Shown here: positions 46,155 through 57,815 of the stretch, piece by piece
Layout: each line of letters opens with the position of its first letter
Numbering within the stretch: the stretch's first letter is position 1
Assembly: GCA_950097015.1 (NCBI GenBank)
Contig: CATNEN010000007.1
Coordinates: 2,294,001 to 2,358,000 of the forward strand
Direction: 5' to 3'
Origin: Macrostomum hystrix
Taxonomy: Eukaryota > Animalia > Platyhelminthes
Length of the DNA: 64,000 nt
Made by a program: the position numbers and the translations under genes
Notes under the pieces: generated by a model
What the model saw: the letters and a program-made list of their open reading frames with translations, nothing else
Databases searched by the model: none
Told to the model about the DNA's origin: nothing

Positions 46155-49100
46155 TCAGAGAATCTTGAGGTACACGGTCCAGTAGACAATGTTGAACAGG
46201 CAGAACAGCGTTGGAAACAGAACTTTTGAGATCTGATCGATCCGGCTGACCGAGTTAATTCGTCTGGGCGATCGCTGGGCCAGCTTCGCCTGCTTGTAGC
46301 GCGAGCTGCCTCGAAGGCAGTTCAGGAAGGCGTAGGGGCAGGACTCGCGCGGACCGGCCTTGGACACCGATTTGCTGCGTCGTCCACCATTCTCAGCGCT
46401 GCCGGCTGACGCCTGCGGCTCGGAGACTGTCTGCGTCCTGCGCGATGATCACCACACAGTAGCTAATTCTGCCGTTAAACTCATCACTTCCTGACTCCCA
46501 CTGCCTCCCCCTGACACTCACTGCCTCCTCCTGACACTCGCTGCCTCCTCCTGACACTCACTGTGTCCTCCTGACACTCACTGCCTCCTCCTGACACTCA
46601 CTGTGTCCTCCTGACACTCGCTGCCTCCTCCTGACACTCGCTGCCTCCTCCTGACACTCGCTGCCTCCTCCTGACACTCACTGCCTCCTCCTGACACTCA
46701 CTGTGTCCTCCTGACACTCACTGTGTCCTCCTGACACTCACTGCCTCCTCTTGACACTCACTGTGTCCTCCTGACACTCACTGTGTCCTCCTGACACTCA
46801 CTGCCTCCTCCTGACACTCACTGCCTCCTCCTGACACTCACTGCCTCCTCCTGACACTCACTGCCTCCTCCTGACACTCACTGCCTCCCCTGACACTCAC
46901 TGTGTCCTCCTGACACTCGCTGCCTCCTCCTGACACTCACTGCCTCCTCCTGACACTCACTGCCTCCTCCTGACACTCACTGTGTCCTCCTGACACTCGC
47001 TGCCTCCTCCTGACACTCGCTGCCTCCTCCTGACACTCGCTGCCTCCTCCTGACACTCACTGTGTCCTCCTGACACTCGCTGCCTCCTCCTGACACACGC
47101 TGCCTCCTCCTGACACTCACTGTGTCCTCCTGACACTCACTGTGTCCTCCTGACACTCGCTGCCTCCTCCTGACACTCGCTGCCTCCTCCTGACACTCGC
47201 TGCCTCCTCCTGACACTCACTGCCTCCTCCTGACACTCACTGTGTCCTCCTGACACTCACTGTGTCCTCCTGACACTCGCTGCCTCCTCCTGACACTCGC
47301 TGCCTCCTCCTGACACTCGCTGCCTCCTCCTGACACTCGCTGCCTCCTCCTGACACACGCTGCCTCCTCCTGACACTCACTGCCTCCTCCTGACACTCGT
47401 TGCCTCCTCCTGACACTCACTGCCTCCTCCTGACACTCACTGTGTCCTCCTGACACTCGCTGCCTCCTACTGACACTCACTGCCTCCTCCTGACACTCAC
47501 TGTGTCCTCCTGACACTCACTGCCTCCTCCTGACACTCGCTGCCTCCTCTTGACACTCACTGTGTCCTCCTGACACTCACTGCCTCCTCCTGACACTCAC
47601 TGTCTTCTCCTGACGCTATCAGACTTCACCTGAATCTTCAATATTTCTGATTTACCCATATGATACTCAGAGTCTTTAGCATAGGAATAAACTCGCACTT
47701 TGCCTGCTTGTCACGCTTCTCCTGTTGCTGCTGCTGCTGCTGCTGCCTTTGCTTTAAGTAGTCATCCGGCTTGGCTTGTCCATACTTGAAGCCGCCGTAG
47801 ATGTCTCCGCCATCCTGCAGCTCCTCGCCTGTGATTTCCACCAGGGTGAGGTGGCACTCCCCGCTGCCCACCTTGGTGAAGTAGTGCACCGAGGCGAACT
47901 CGATGATGGTGGCCAGGATCAGCGCGAAGCACATGCCAACGTACCAGTCCAGAGCGGTGCCGTAGTTCACCCGCGGCAGGTCCTGCCGGTTGTCCATGCC
48001 CAGGAAGGTCATCGTGAGCACGGTGGTTGTGCTCAACTCGATGCGGTCCGATGTGGCCTCGCGGTTGATCCAGAACCCCACCCAGCTCAGCACAACCAGC
48101 AGGCTGCACGGGAAGTAAAGCTGGTTGAAGAGGATAGGGGACTGCGAATCAGTATTGAATGGCGATGGCCTAATGTCTCCAGTTTACTTGCTGACACCCC
48201 ACTGACATCCCTGACACCCACTGATATCCCACTGACATCCCTGACAACCCACTGACATCCCACTGACACCCACTGACATCCCTGACAACCCACTGACATC
48301 CCTGACAACCCACTGACATCCCACTGACACCCACTGACATCCCTGACACCCACTGACATCCCTGACACCCACTGACATCCCTGACAACCCACTGACATCC
48401 CTGACACCCACTGACATCCCACTGACATCCCTGACAACCCACTGACATCCCTGACAACCCACTGACATCCCTATCTTTGACAACCAGATACTCTCTTAAT
48501 ATCCCTGACATTGCCAGACGGACGGTATTTGCTGAAATCCAGTTTGTTATACCATATTTAACCTCATAATTCTCCTTGTGAATTTCCTGCGCAGAAAATG
48601 CAAAAAACGATAGATACGAAAGATAAAACTCTGAAAGTTTATTTCCAGCAGAAATGAAAGATTTTTTTACTATTTTCTCTCTTCGGTTAGATACCGCAGT
48701 TCAAGACCTGTCTGTTGCATTTGCCAGTTGATTTACTAGATTGATTGTATTGCCAGCATTTGATAAACAAATCTTGGAACAGCCAACCCTAACAGACACA
48801 GCTTGTTGGCGCTGATGCCAGCTTGGAATAATTTTGCTGCTTTTTTCAGCTGCCACAGCCGATGCACAATTCAGAGAACAGTAGGAAGTGTACAATTCTA
48901 CAATGCTTGGAAGTATTTTTCTACCTTGCAAAATTTAGTATCCCAACTATGGATGACTTTGTGACTCCAGCTCTGCCTATAGTCAACCAGCTAGCCATCG
49001 CTGTGAATTGCTTGCCCTTATGGGCTAATAACAATATGAATGTCCGACTTGAATAATAAAATAATTAATCAACAGATAGGCTTTGACAGGCTATGCTCAG

Positions 49101-52100
49101 AGCTTTGAGCTTTGCCTGTCAACACAAGCTTTGAAGCGTTACGTCTGCTCATGTAGTAAGTCATCATTGAGCTAACTATGAGTGGGTAATCACACGGCTC
49201 ACTGGTGGATTGAGAGTGGGTAATCACACTGCTCACTGGTGGATTGAGAGTGGGTAATCACACGGCTCACTGGTGGATTGAGAGTGGGTAATCACACTGC
49301 TCACTGGTGGATTGAGAGTGGGTAATCACACGGCTCACTGGTGGATTGAGAGTGGGTAATCACACTGCTCACTGGTGGACTGAGAGTGGGTAATCACACT
49401 GCTCACTGGTGGATTGAGAGTGGGAAATCACACGGCTCACTGGTGGATTGAGAGTGGGTAATCACACTGCTCACTGGTGGATTGAGAGTGGGTAATCACA
49501 CTGCTCACTGGTGGATTGAGAGTGGGTAATCACACTGCTCACTGGTGGATTGAGAGTGGGTAATCACACGGCTCACTGGTGGATTGAGAGTGGGTAATCA
49601 CACTGCTCACTGGTGGATTGAGAGTGGGTAATCACACTGCTCACTGGTGGATTGAGAGTGGGTAATCACACGGCTCACTGGTGGATTGAGAGTGGGTAAT
49701 CACACGGCTCACTGGTGGATTGAGAGTGGGTAATCACACTGCTCACTGGTGGATTGAGAGTGGGTAATCACACGGCTCACTGGTGGATTGAGAGTGGGTA
49801 ATCACACGGCTCACTGGTGGATTGAGAGTGGGTAATCACACGGCTCACTGGTGGATTGAGAGTGGGTAATCACACTGCTCACTGGTGGATTGAGAGTGGG
49901 TAATCACACTGCTCACTGGTGGATTGAGAGTGGGTAATCACACGGCTCACTGGTGGATTGAGAGTGGGTAATCACACTGCTCACTGGTGGATTGAGAGTG
50001 GGTAATCACACGGCTCACTGGTGGATTGAGAGTGGGTAATCACACTGCTCACTGGTGGATTGAGAGTGGGTAATCACACTGCTCACTGGTGGATTGAGAG
50101 TGGGTAATCACACTGCTCACTGGTGGATTGAGAGTGGGTAATCACACTGCTCACTGGTGGATTGAGAGTGGGTAATCACACGGCTCACTGGTGGATTGAG
50201 AGTAGGTAATCACACGGCTCACTGGTGGATTGAGAGTGGGTAATCACACTGCTCACTGGTGGATTGAGAGTGGGTAATCACACGGCTCACTGGTGGATTG
50301 AGAGTGGGTAATCACACGGCTCACTGGTGGATTGAGAGTGGGTAATCACACTGCTCACTGGTGGATTGAGAGTGGGTAATCACACTGCTCACTGGTGGAT
50401 TGAGAGTGGGTAATCACACGGCTCACTGGTGGATTGAGAGTGGGTAATCACACGGCTCACTGGTGGATTGAGAGTGGGTAATCACACGGCTCACTGGTGG
50501 ATTGAGAGTGGGTAATCACACTGCTCACTGGTGGATTGAGAGTGGGTAATCACACGGCTCACTGGTGGATTGAGAGTGGGTAATCACACGGCTCACTGGT
50601 GGATTGAGAGTGGGTAATCACACTGCTCACTGGTGGATTGAGAGTGGGTAATCACACGGCTCACTGGTGGATTGAGAGTGGGTAATCACACGGCTCACTG
50701 GTGGATTGAGAGTGGGTAATCACACTGCTCACTGGTGGATTGAGAGTGGGTAATCACACTGCTCACTGGTGGATTGAGAGTGGGTAATCACACGGCTCAC
50801 TGGTGGATTGAGAGTGGGTAATCACACGGCTCACTGGTGGATTGAGAGTGGGTAATCACACGGCTCACTGGTGGATTGAGAGTGGGTAATCACACTGCTC
50901 ACTGGTGGATTGAGAGTGGGTAATCACACGGCTCACTGGTGGATTGAGAGTGGGTAATCACACGACTCACGGGTGGATTGAGAGTGGGTAATCACACGGC
51001 TCACTGGTGGATTGAGAGTGGGTAATCACACTGCTCACTGGTGGATTGAGAGTGGGTAATCACACGGCTCACTGGTGGATTGAGAGTGGGTAATCACACT
51101 GCTCACTGGTGGATTGAGAGTGGGTAATCACACGGCTCACTGGTGGATTGAGAGTGGGTAATCACACGGCTCACTGGTGGATTGAGAGTAGGTAATCACA
51201 CTGCTCACTGGTGGATTGAGAGTGGGTAATCACACTGCTCACTGGTGGATTGAGAGTGGGTAATCACACGGCTCACTGGTGGATTGAGAGTGGGTAATCA
51301 CATTGCTCACTGGTGGATTGAGAGTGGGTAATCACACTGCTCACTGGTGGATTGAGAGTGGGTAATCACACGGCTCACTGGTGGATTGAGAGTGGGTAAT
51401 CACATTGCTCACTGGTGGATTGAGAGTGGGTAATCACACTGCTTACTGGTGGATTGAGAGTGGGTAATCACACGGCTCACTGGTGGATTGAGAGTGGGTA
51501 ATCACACGACTCACGGGTGGATTGAGAGTGGGTAATCACACTGCTCACTGGTGGATTGAGAGTGGGTAATCACACGGCTCACTGGTGGATTGAGAGTGGG
51601 TAATCACACGACTCACGGGTGGATTGAGAGTGGGTAATCACACTGCTTACTGGTGGATTGAGAGTGGGTAATCACACGGCTCACTGGTGGATTGAGAGTG
51701 GGTAATCACACGACTCACGGGTGGATTGAGAGTGGGTAATCACACGGCTCACTGGTGGATTGAGAGTGGGTAATCACACGACTCACGGGTGGATTGAGAG
51801 TGGGTAATCACACTGCTCACTGGTGGATTGAGAGTGGGTAATCACACGGCTCACTGGTGGATTGAGAGTGGGTAATCACACGGCTCACTGGTGGATTGAG
51901 AGTGGGTAATCACACGGCTCACTGGTGGATTGAGAGTGGGTAATCACACTGCTTACTGGTGGATTGAGAGTGGGTAATCACACGGCTCACTGGTGGATTG
52001 AGAGTGGGTAATCACACGACTCACGGGTGGATTGAGAGTGGGTAATCACACGGCTCACTGGTGGATTGAGAGTGGGTAATCACACGACTCACGGGTGGAT

Positions 52101-54887
52101 TGAGAGTGGGTAATCACACTGCTCACTGGTGGATTGAGAGTGGGTAATCACACGGCTCACTGGTGGATTGAGAGTGGGTAATCACACGGCTCACTGGTGG
52201 ATTGAGAGTGGGTAATCACACGGCTCACTGGTGGATTGAGAGTGGGTAATCACACGGCTCACTGGTGGATTGAGAGTGGGTAATCACACAACTCACTGGT
52301 GGATTGAGAGTGGGTAATCACACGACTCACTGGTGGATTGAGAGTGGGTAATCACACGGCTCACTGGTGGATTGAGAGTGGGTAATATGCAAGGTTTTCA
52401 AGGCACAGACCAGTCCTCCAGACAGTTATGCCGAGCGAAGTGGGATAAATCTCCTCTTTTGTGCCAAATCAGCTAATCTGTGCTCAAATGACGCGAACTT
52501 CTGCCAAAAGATTGACAGCTGAGGGCTGATCGTTTGTCCCCGGTGCTGTTCTCAAATAGCCTCGCAGGACCAGCTGACAAGCCGAGAAAGTGCTGACAGG
52601 AGAATTCTGCAATCTTTGGGAGCATTTCTTTCCCGCAACAGCTGCGACCGATCCCCGCGGGATTATCGGGATAAAAACAGGCTGGCCGAGTCTTTCAAAT
52701 ATGGGACAATTCTCCCAACCCCAGTGGAGAATTAGCTAGCCGACTAATAATTCAATCAGTCATTAATGAGGTCGATACAAGCGGCGGTTTCGGGGAAATT
52801 GTGAAACTGTTGCCATGCACTTCATCTGAAGCTGGACTGTTTGCAATCGAACAGGCGAAGCGGACTTTCTACTCTGACGTAAACTTTTCCCCGGCCCAGT
52901 GACATCCCGCTGGGAGTTTGACAGAGGGATCAGTTTGGCAAATTTCGTCGCCTTAATCGTTTTAACGCGCGCCTCAATTAGCAGCAGAGCTTTGAAGCTT
53001 TTCAAAATTCTAAAATCAAACTGCGAAGCCGCGCAAGATCATTTAAGAATTTATTGGGTTCAAGGCAGGAAATGATCGACAAGCCTTCAAGGACGTTTGT
53101 AGAGGAGATTTATCCCAAATTAATAAAGCGATCCAAAACATTTGCTTTGGTTTCGATAGTCTTGAATTCCAAGAAAAGTCTATTCTTTAATCTGGACTGT
53201 CCTGAGGATCAGAAAGTCAGGACAGATGTACACACCTGTGTGAGCGAATGCCTGCGTACAGTATCTGTGTGCGTGTGTGCTCAGGAGTCAGCGAAATGGG
53301 CAGAATTGCCTCCTCGCTGGCTGCGGGTCTAGTGTCACTAAATGATGCGCCATCGCCAGCAGGAAACGCATCAGGAACAAATAATGGGATTTTGAAAAAT
53401 TATCCCATCGCCGATCAGATCAATAGATGCGATTTAGATAGCAATTTTCTCTTAAATAGATTTAAGAAAATTATCCCAATTTCGTGCACTCACCTGGATC
53501 AGAAAATATCCCATGTGCCGCTGCAGCTCGAACTCGCACAGCAGCACAGAGTACCTGCCCCGCCGGCCCATGTGCCGCGTGGCTTTGTTAATGGACGTTT
53601 CTAAAAATAGAACAGAGCCGGGCTTCACTCGCTTGTTTGTTGGTCGGGTGTGGGGATTCCAGCTCTCGAGTGGCTTTCGATGTCCCCCCCGCTGAGAGGC
53701 TCCGAATAAATAATGCCGAAAACTGCACTTCAGGCCTTCAATAGGCTCTGGGAGAATTTCCAGGGATAAGCCAACTCCGCAACAACTCCGCAACAGGCAA
53801 ACAGGCTCTGATTCATGGGATAGCAACTTGTCTCTACCTGGTTGGCACTCAGTCTATCAGTTAGGTTTCCTATCTACGTGACTCGTCTGTAGCTGCTGCT
53901 GTGCTAAGGTACTTCAGATGTAAAACTGTGTATGACGGCTGTAAGGTGCTCGGTAAAATCCCTGAGCTAATTGGTAGGGTACCTGTCTGAACTGACAGGT
54001 AAAACGTCTCAACTGACAGGTAAAACGTCTCAACTGACAGGTAAAACGTCTCAAATGACAGTTAAGGCATCTCAACTGACAGTTAAAACTTGTCAACTGA
54101 CAGTTAAAACTTGTCAACTGACAGGTAAGGCATCTCAAATGACAGTTAAAACTTGTCAACTGACAGGTAAGGCGTCTCAACTGACAGGTAAGTTATTTTA
54201 ACAGGCTCTAATTCTAATAGAAATTTTCTGCCAAGCAGATTCTTTACTTTTCAAATCGAACTGAGACAGCAGCAAGTCTTTGTTCAGCTGGATGGAGCGA
54301 TCGCCCAGGCTCCAGTCGAAGATGACGTCATCGTCGGTGTAGCCGTGGCTGCTGATTTCCAGCGGGCAGGTCTGCTTGTCCATGGGGAACTTGACCAAGT
54401 CCATGGGGCAGGTGGCCTTGATGGTGAGTCGCATGGAGTAGAGAATCTCGCCGGTGTTCTTGATTCTGAACAGCACATTTGGCGAGGTGATGTTGTGCAG
54501 GTAGGAACCCATTCCGTTCACAATGTACGTGTCCGGCTTCCAGATTTCTCTAAGCATTTTCTCATTCAGCTGCAGGTGAGTGAAGTTGTCGTGCGCCGGG
54601 AAGGTCAGCCGAGTGTCGATCCATTCCTGTCGGAAGTAGCAGTCGAAGGCATAGATCATGGACCTCTCGGATATCGGGCCCATACTGCGGATGTTCATGT
54701 TGATGCGAATGAGGATCGGGCCACGGCCAAAGTCCGGGCGCAGGTTTCTATCGTAGTTGTCCAGCAGCCGGTTGAGCGTCTCCGTCACATTCTTTGTCAT
54801 CTCGGTGTGGTTGACGCCCTCCGAGTACATCATGCAGCTGGCGGCTCGAAACAGCATGAGACTTGAGACTATGCTCAAAATGTACAT
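46155..54887 (-). CDS. GABA-A-type Cys-loop ligand-gated ion channel subunit (alpha-like, Grd/CG8916-like), ~483 aa
   Basis: Exons 54248-54887, 53494-53600, 47699-48120 and 46155-46437, phase-consistent (1452 nt). Motifs: YDRNLRP, YFRQEW, WKPDT, Cys-loop CPMDLVKFPMDKQTC, LQRHMGYFLIQLYFPC, WINREATSDR, DLPRVNYGTALDWY, M4 IDQISKVLFPTLFCLFNIVYWTVY. The 47699 donor is the more likely of two same-phase candidates. Confidence 0.92.
46495..47615. repeat. 20-bp minisatellite (CTGACACTCACTGCCTCCTC), ~55 copies, in the last GABA-receptor intron
   Basis: Direct periodicity with three main variants (CACTGCC, CGCTGCC, CACTGTG). Confidence 0.95.
48190..48471. repeat. Composite CTGACATCCC/CTGACAACCCA short-unit tandem repeat
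   Basis: Direct periodicity about 70 bp from the exon acceptor at 48121. Confidence 0.9.
49180..52386. repeat. 34-bp minisatellite (GAGTGGGTAATCACAC(G/T)GCTCACTGGTGGATTGA), ~94 copies, 3.2 kb, in GABA-receptor intron 2
   Basis: Period 34 (49181 to 49215); very homogeneous units. Confidence 0.97.
53221..53345 (+). mobile_element. 5'-truncated SINE-like copy
   Basis: GACAGATGTACACACCTGTGTGAGCGAATGCC...CAGGAGTCAGCGAAATGGGCAGAATTGCCTCCTCGCTGGCTGCGGGTCTAGTGTCAC matches the 3' half of the 3908 copy. Confidence 0.7.
53985..54190. repeat. 21-bp minisatellite (CTGACAGGTAAAACGTCTCAA), ~10 copies, in GABA-receptor intron 1
   Basis: Direct periodicity. Confidence 0.9.
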
Positions 54888-55079
54888 TTTCTATCTCTTT
54901 AGTTACTGGGCTTTGAAATTCTGTTATTGAAATTTTGTGCTAAAACTATAATGCCACCAGCTTTTTCTAGCTGCGCTCTGCGGAGTGACTCGGATTGACT
55001 GCGGCACTGCGGCCTGCTGTGATTGGACAACTGGGCTTGGGGAGCGTCTGCGGACACTGGAGAGGACTGGTGGAGGGGA

Positions 55080-55725
55080 TTAGGGAGCGCAGGGGAAGAG
55101 GAATAGGGAGCGTAGGGGGAGAGGAATAGGGAGACAAGGGGAGAGGAATAGGGAGACAAGGGGAGAGGAATAGGGAGACAGGGGTAGAGGAATAGGGAGC
55201 GCAGGGGGAGAGGAATAGGGAGACAAGGGGAGAGGAATAGGGAGACAGGGGAGGGGAATAGGGAGACAGGGGTAGAGGAATAGGGAGCGCAGGGGGAGAG
55301 GAATAGGGAGCGTAGGGGGAGAGGAATAGGAAGAAAGGTGGAGAGGAATAGACAGGAGAGAGGAAGAGGGAGACAGGGGGAGAGGAATAGGGAGACAGGG
55401 GTAGAGGAATAGGGAGCGCAGGGAAAGACGAATAGGGAGACTGGGGGGGGAGAAATAGGAAGAAAGGTGGGGAGGAATAGACAGGAGAGAGGAATAGGGA
55501 GACCGGGAGAGAGGAATAGGGAGACAGGGGTAGAGGAATAGGGAGCGCAGGGGGAGAGGAATAGGGAGACAAGGGGAGAGGAATAGGGAGACAAGGGGAG
55601 AGGAATAGGGAGACAGGGGTAGAGGAATAGGGAGCGCAGGGGGAGAGGAATAGGGAGACAAGGGGAGAGGAATAGGGAGACAGGGGAGGGGAATAGGGAG
55701 ACAGGGGAGAGGAATAGACAGGGGG
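55080..55725. repeat. ~21-22-bp purine-rich minisatellite (GGAGAGGAATAGGGAGACAGGG)
   Basis: About 30 degenerate units upstream of the GABA-receptor start. Confidence 0.92.
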
Positions 55726-56019
55726 GAGTTTCTCAGTACTCAGAATTGTGCAGTGGGTCTCCATCGCTGAGATAAGCGGAGTTCTCATATCTGTGGCAAT
55801 GAGACTTTGAGATTTAAAGGCGTAAGGAGTGGAGGTGTGGGAGAATTAGTTTAATTAAATGCAAATGAAAGAATTTCACGCTGTGATGAGCTGGCATCCG
55901 CCCAGACACAGAGAAGATGCTCACTTGAGAGTGCAAATTGGTAGCTTCATGCAATTATGTACTTCTTTAGTTTGCAGAAAGACCTATTTAATTATTTATA
56001 TGTTACGCCAGTGAAGCCT

Positions 56020-56376
56020 TGAAGCCTTCATTTGAAGGCTTGGACTCATTTGAAGGCTTAGACTCATTTGAAGGCTTGGACTCATTTGAAGGCTTGGACT
56101 CATTTGATGGCTTGGACTCATTTGAAGGCTTGGACTCATTTGAAGGCTTGGACTCATTGGACTTAGGATATGAAGGCTTAGACTCATTTGAAGGCTTGGA
56201 CTCATTTGAAGGCTTGGACTCATTTGAAGGCTTGGACTCATTTGAAGGCTTAGACTCATTTGAAGGCTTGGACTCATTTGAAGGCTTGGACTCATTGGAC
56301 TCAGGATTTGAAGGCTTGGACTCATTGGACTCAGGATTTGAAGGCTTGGACTCATTGGACTCAGGATTTGAAGGGT
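56020..56376. repeat. 18-bp minisatellite (GGACTCATTTGAAGGCTT), ~20 copies
   Basis: Direct periodicity; source of the EGLDSF and ESKPSN ORFs. Confidence 0.92.
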
Positions 56377-56790
56377 TGAAGTTTAATTTGCCTCTCTGAT
56401 TGGTGTTAGCAATGAAGGTGTTGGTTAGCAAGGCATTGCTTGCAACGTTTATAAAAGAACGAGCTATATGAAAGGAAAATTACCAATTAGTTTGCTAATG
56501 AGCATCAATTCTTTTTGTAATATTTTCACAAAAATGAACGAATTTTGAAATCGAATTGGAAACTTGACTACTCTTAGTAGAGAAAAAGGACATTAAGAAA
56601 AAATTCCGATTAAAAGCTAAGTAAAGCTGTTGCATTAGGCTTGAGTTGAATAAGGCAAGTAATTCACGACAGATGAGGAAATTAAAAATATGAGCCAGGT
56701 AAATGGCGATGTTAAAATACGATATTGCTACTGATTTTCATCGCTACTAAGCGCATTAAAATTTTGGCCTAGAAAAAGATTGATTCAGAG

Positions 56791-57744
56791 TCAGACCATG
56801 CTGTCCCTACCCGCCTGCCACACCTGAGTGTGGTACTGCACCGCATAGCTCTCACTGAACTCAGCTCTGCACCTCGTGAGCTGCTCCTCCGACATGGCGT
56901 TCAGGGTCCGGCAGGCGCCGCCGCTGTAGCCGCTGCCAAACCAGCTGAAGGGGTTGAAGAACTCGGGCGGGAACAGGCAGACGGAACCGCCGTAGCTGCT
57001 CCAGCGAGTTCTCAGCACGCGCATGAGCAGCAGCGGGCCAGTCCTGTGCTCAGGCCTCGGATGAGTGCCCGCAAGGCGGTGAAGCCACGATCGGTTAGCG
57101 ACGCGTTTGATCTCGGACAGGACATCGAGCCACAGGCGGTGGCCGGGCCTGGAGTACATGAACGAGTTCTGCACGAGGCCTGATGGCATCCTGAATCCAG
57201 TCAGCCCGTTGCCGGTTGCCATGGAAGCCAGAGCTACGCTGCAGTTGCTAAGCAGATGCGAGAATGGTCTCAAGCACTCTGCATCCAGATCCACGTACAG
57301 GCCGCCCATGCTGTACAGGTACATGTACCGCACAGCATCCACTCGCTCAATGCTGGTGGGCAGCTCGAGCCAAGTTGACAAGAAATCAGGAAATTGTTTC
57401 CGAACAAGGTCCTCATTGTCAAGATCGGTCCACAGGCGGCGATGCCAGTCTGGGAAGCAGCTGGACCAGCTGGTTGACCAGTTCTGGAATCTGCTGGGCA
57501 GGCGGCTGGTCCTCCAGGACTGGTGCAGCAGCCGCACCGGGGCGGGCCGGCCAGCAGCCGTCCAGGCTTCGCGAAGGCGCCGACTGTCGGTGAGGCTGAG
57601 GCGGACCAGCGGCAGCTCCGGGAATAGTTCCAGCTCGATCCAGGACAGGCAGAGGCTGCGGCAGAGCAGCGGCAAAATCAGGAAGGCCAGTAGGAGCCAG
57701 GTCACGTGACGCTTCTTCTTAGCTAGCAGGCGGGAGATCTGCAT
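56791..57744 (-). CDS. GT32-family DXD glycosyltransferase (Gly_transf_sug; MIPC-synthase/OCH1-like), type II membrane protein, 317 aa, intronless CDS
   Basis: Single uninterrupted ORF with a basic N-terminus, TM segment VTWLLLAFLILPLLC, and motifs LLHQSW, PDWHRRLWTD, ERVDAVRYMYLYSMGGLYVDLD (DXD), NSFMYSRPGH and TGPLLL. Confidence 0.88.
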   Translation of the reverse strand: MQISRLLAKKKRHVTWLLLAFLILPLLCRSLCLSWIELELFPELPLVRLSLTDSRRLREAWTAAGRPAPVRLLHQSWRTSRLPSRFQNWSTSWSSCFPDWHRRLWTDLDNEDLVRKQFPDFLSTWLELPTSIERVDAVRYMYLYSMGGLYVDLDAECLRPFSHLLSNCSVALASMATGNGLTGFRMPSGLVQNSFMYSRPGHRLWLDVLSEIKRVANRSWLHRLAGTHPRPEHRTGPLLLMRVLRTRWSSYGGSVCLFPPEFFNPFSWFGSGYSGGACRTLNAMSEEQLTRCRAEFSESYAVQYHTQVWQAGRDSMV

Positions 57745-57815
57745 GGCCCGCGCTTGGAGCAGCCCCGGCTGAATGGGCTGCGGCCTCGGGTCTGCAGGGG
57801 ATTTTAAGTTCAGTA

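Noticed and set aside
54198-54247. C-terminal extension SKESAWQKISIRIRAC of the 54198-54887 ORF
   Set aside because: It is intronic read-through; the donor AAAA|GTAAAG at 54247 joins in phase to the exon encoding the conserved LQRHMGYFLIQ segment.
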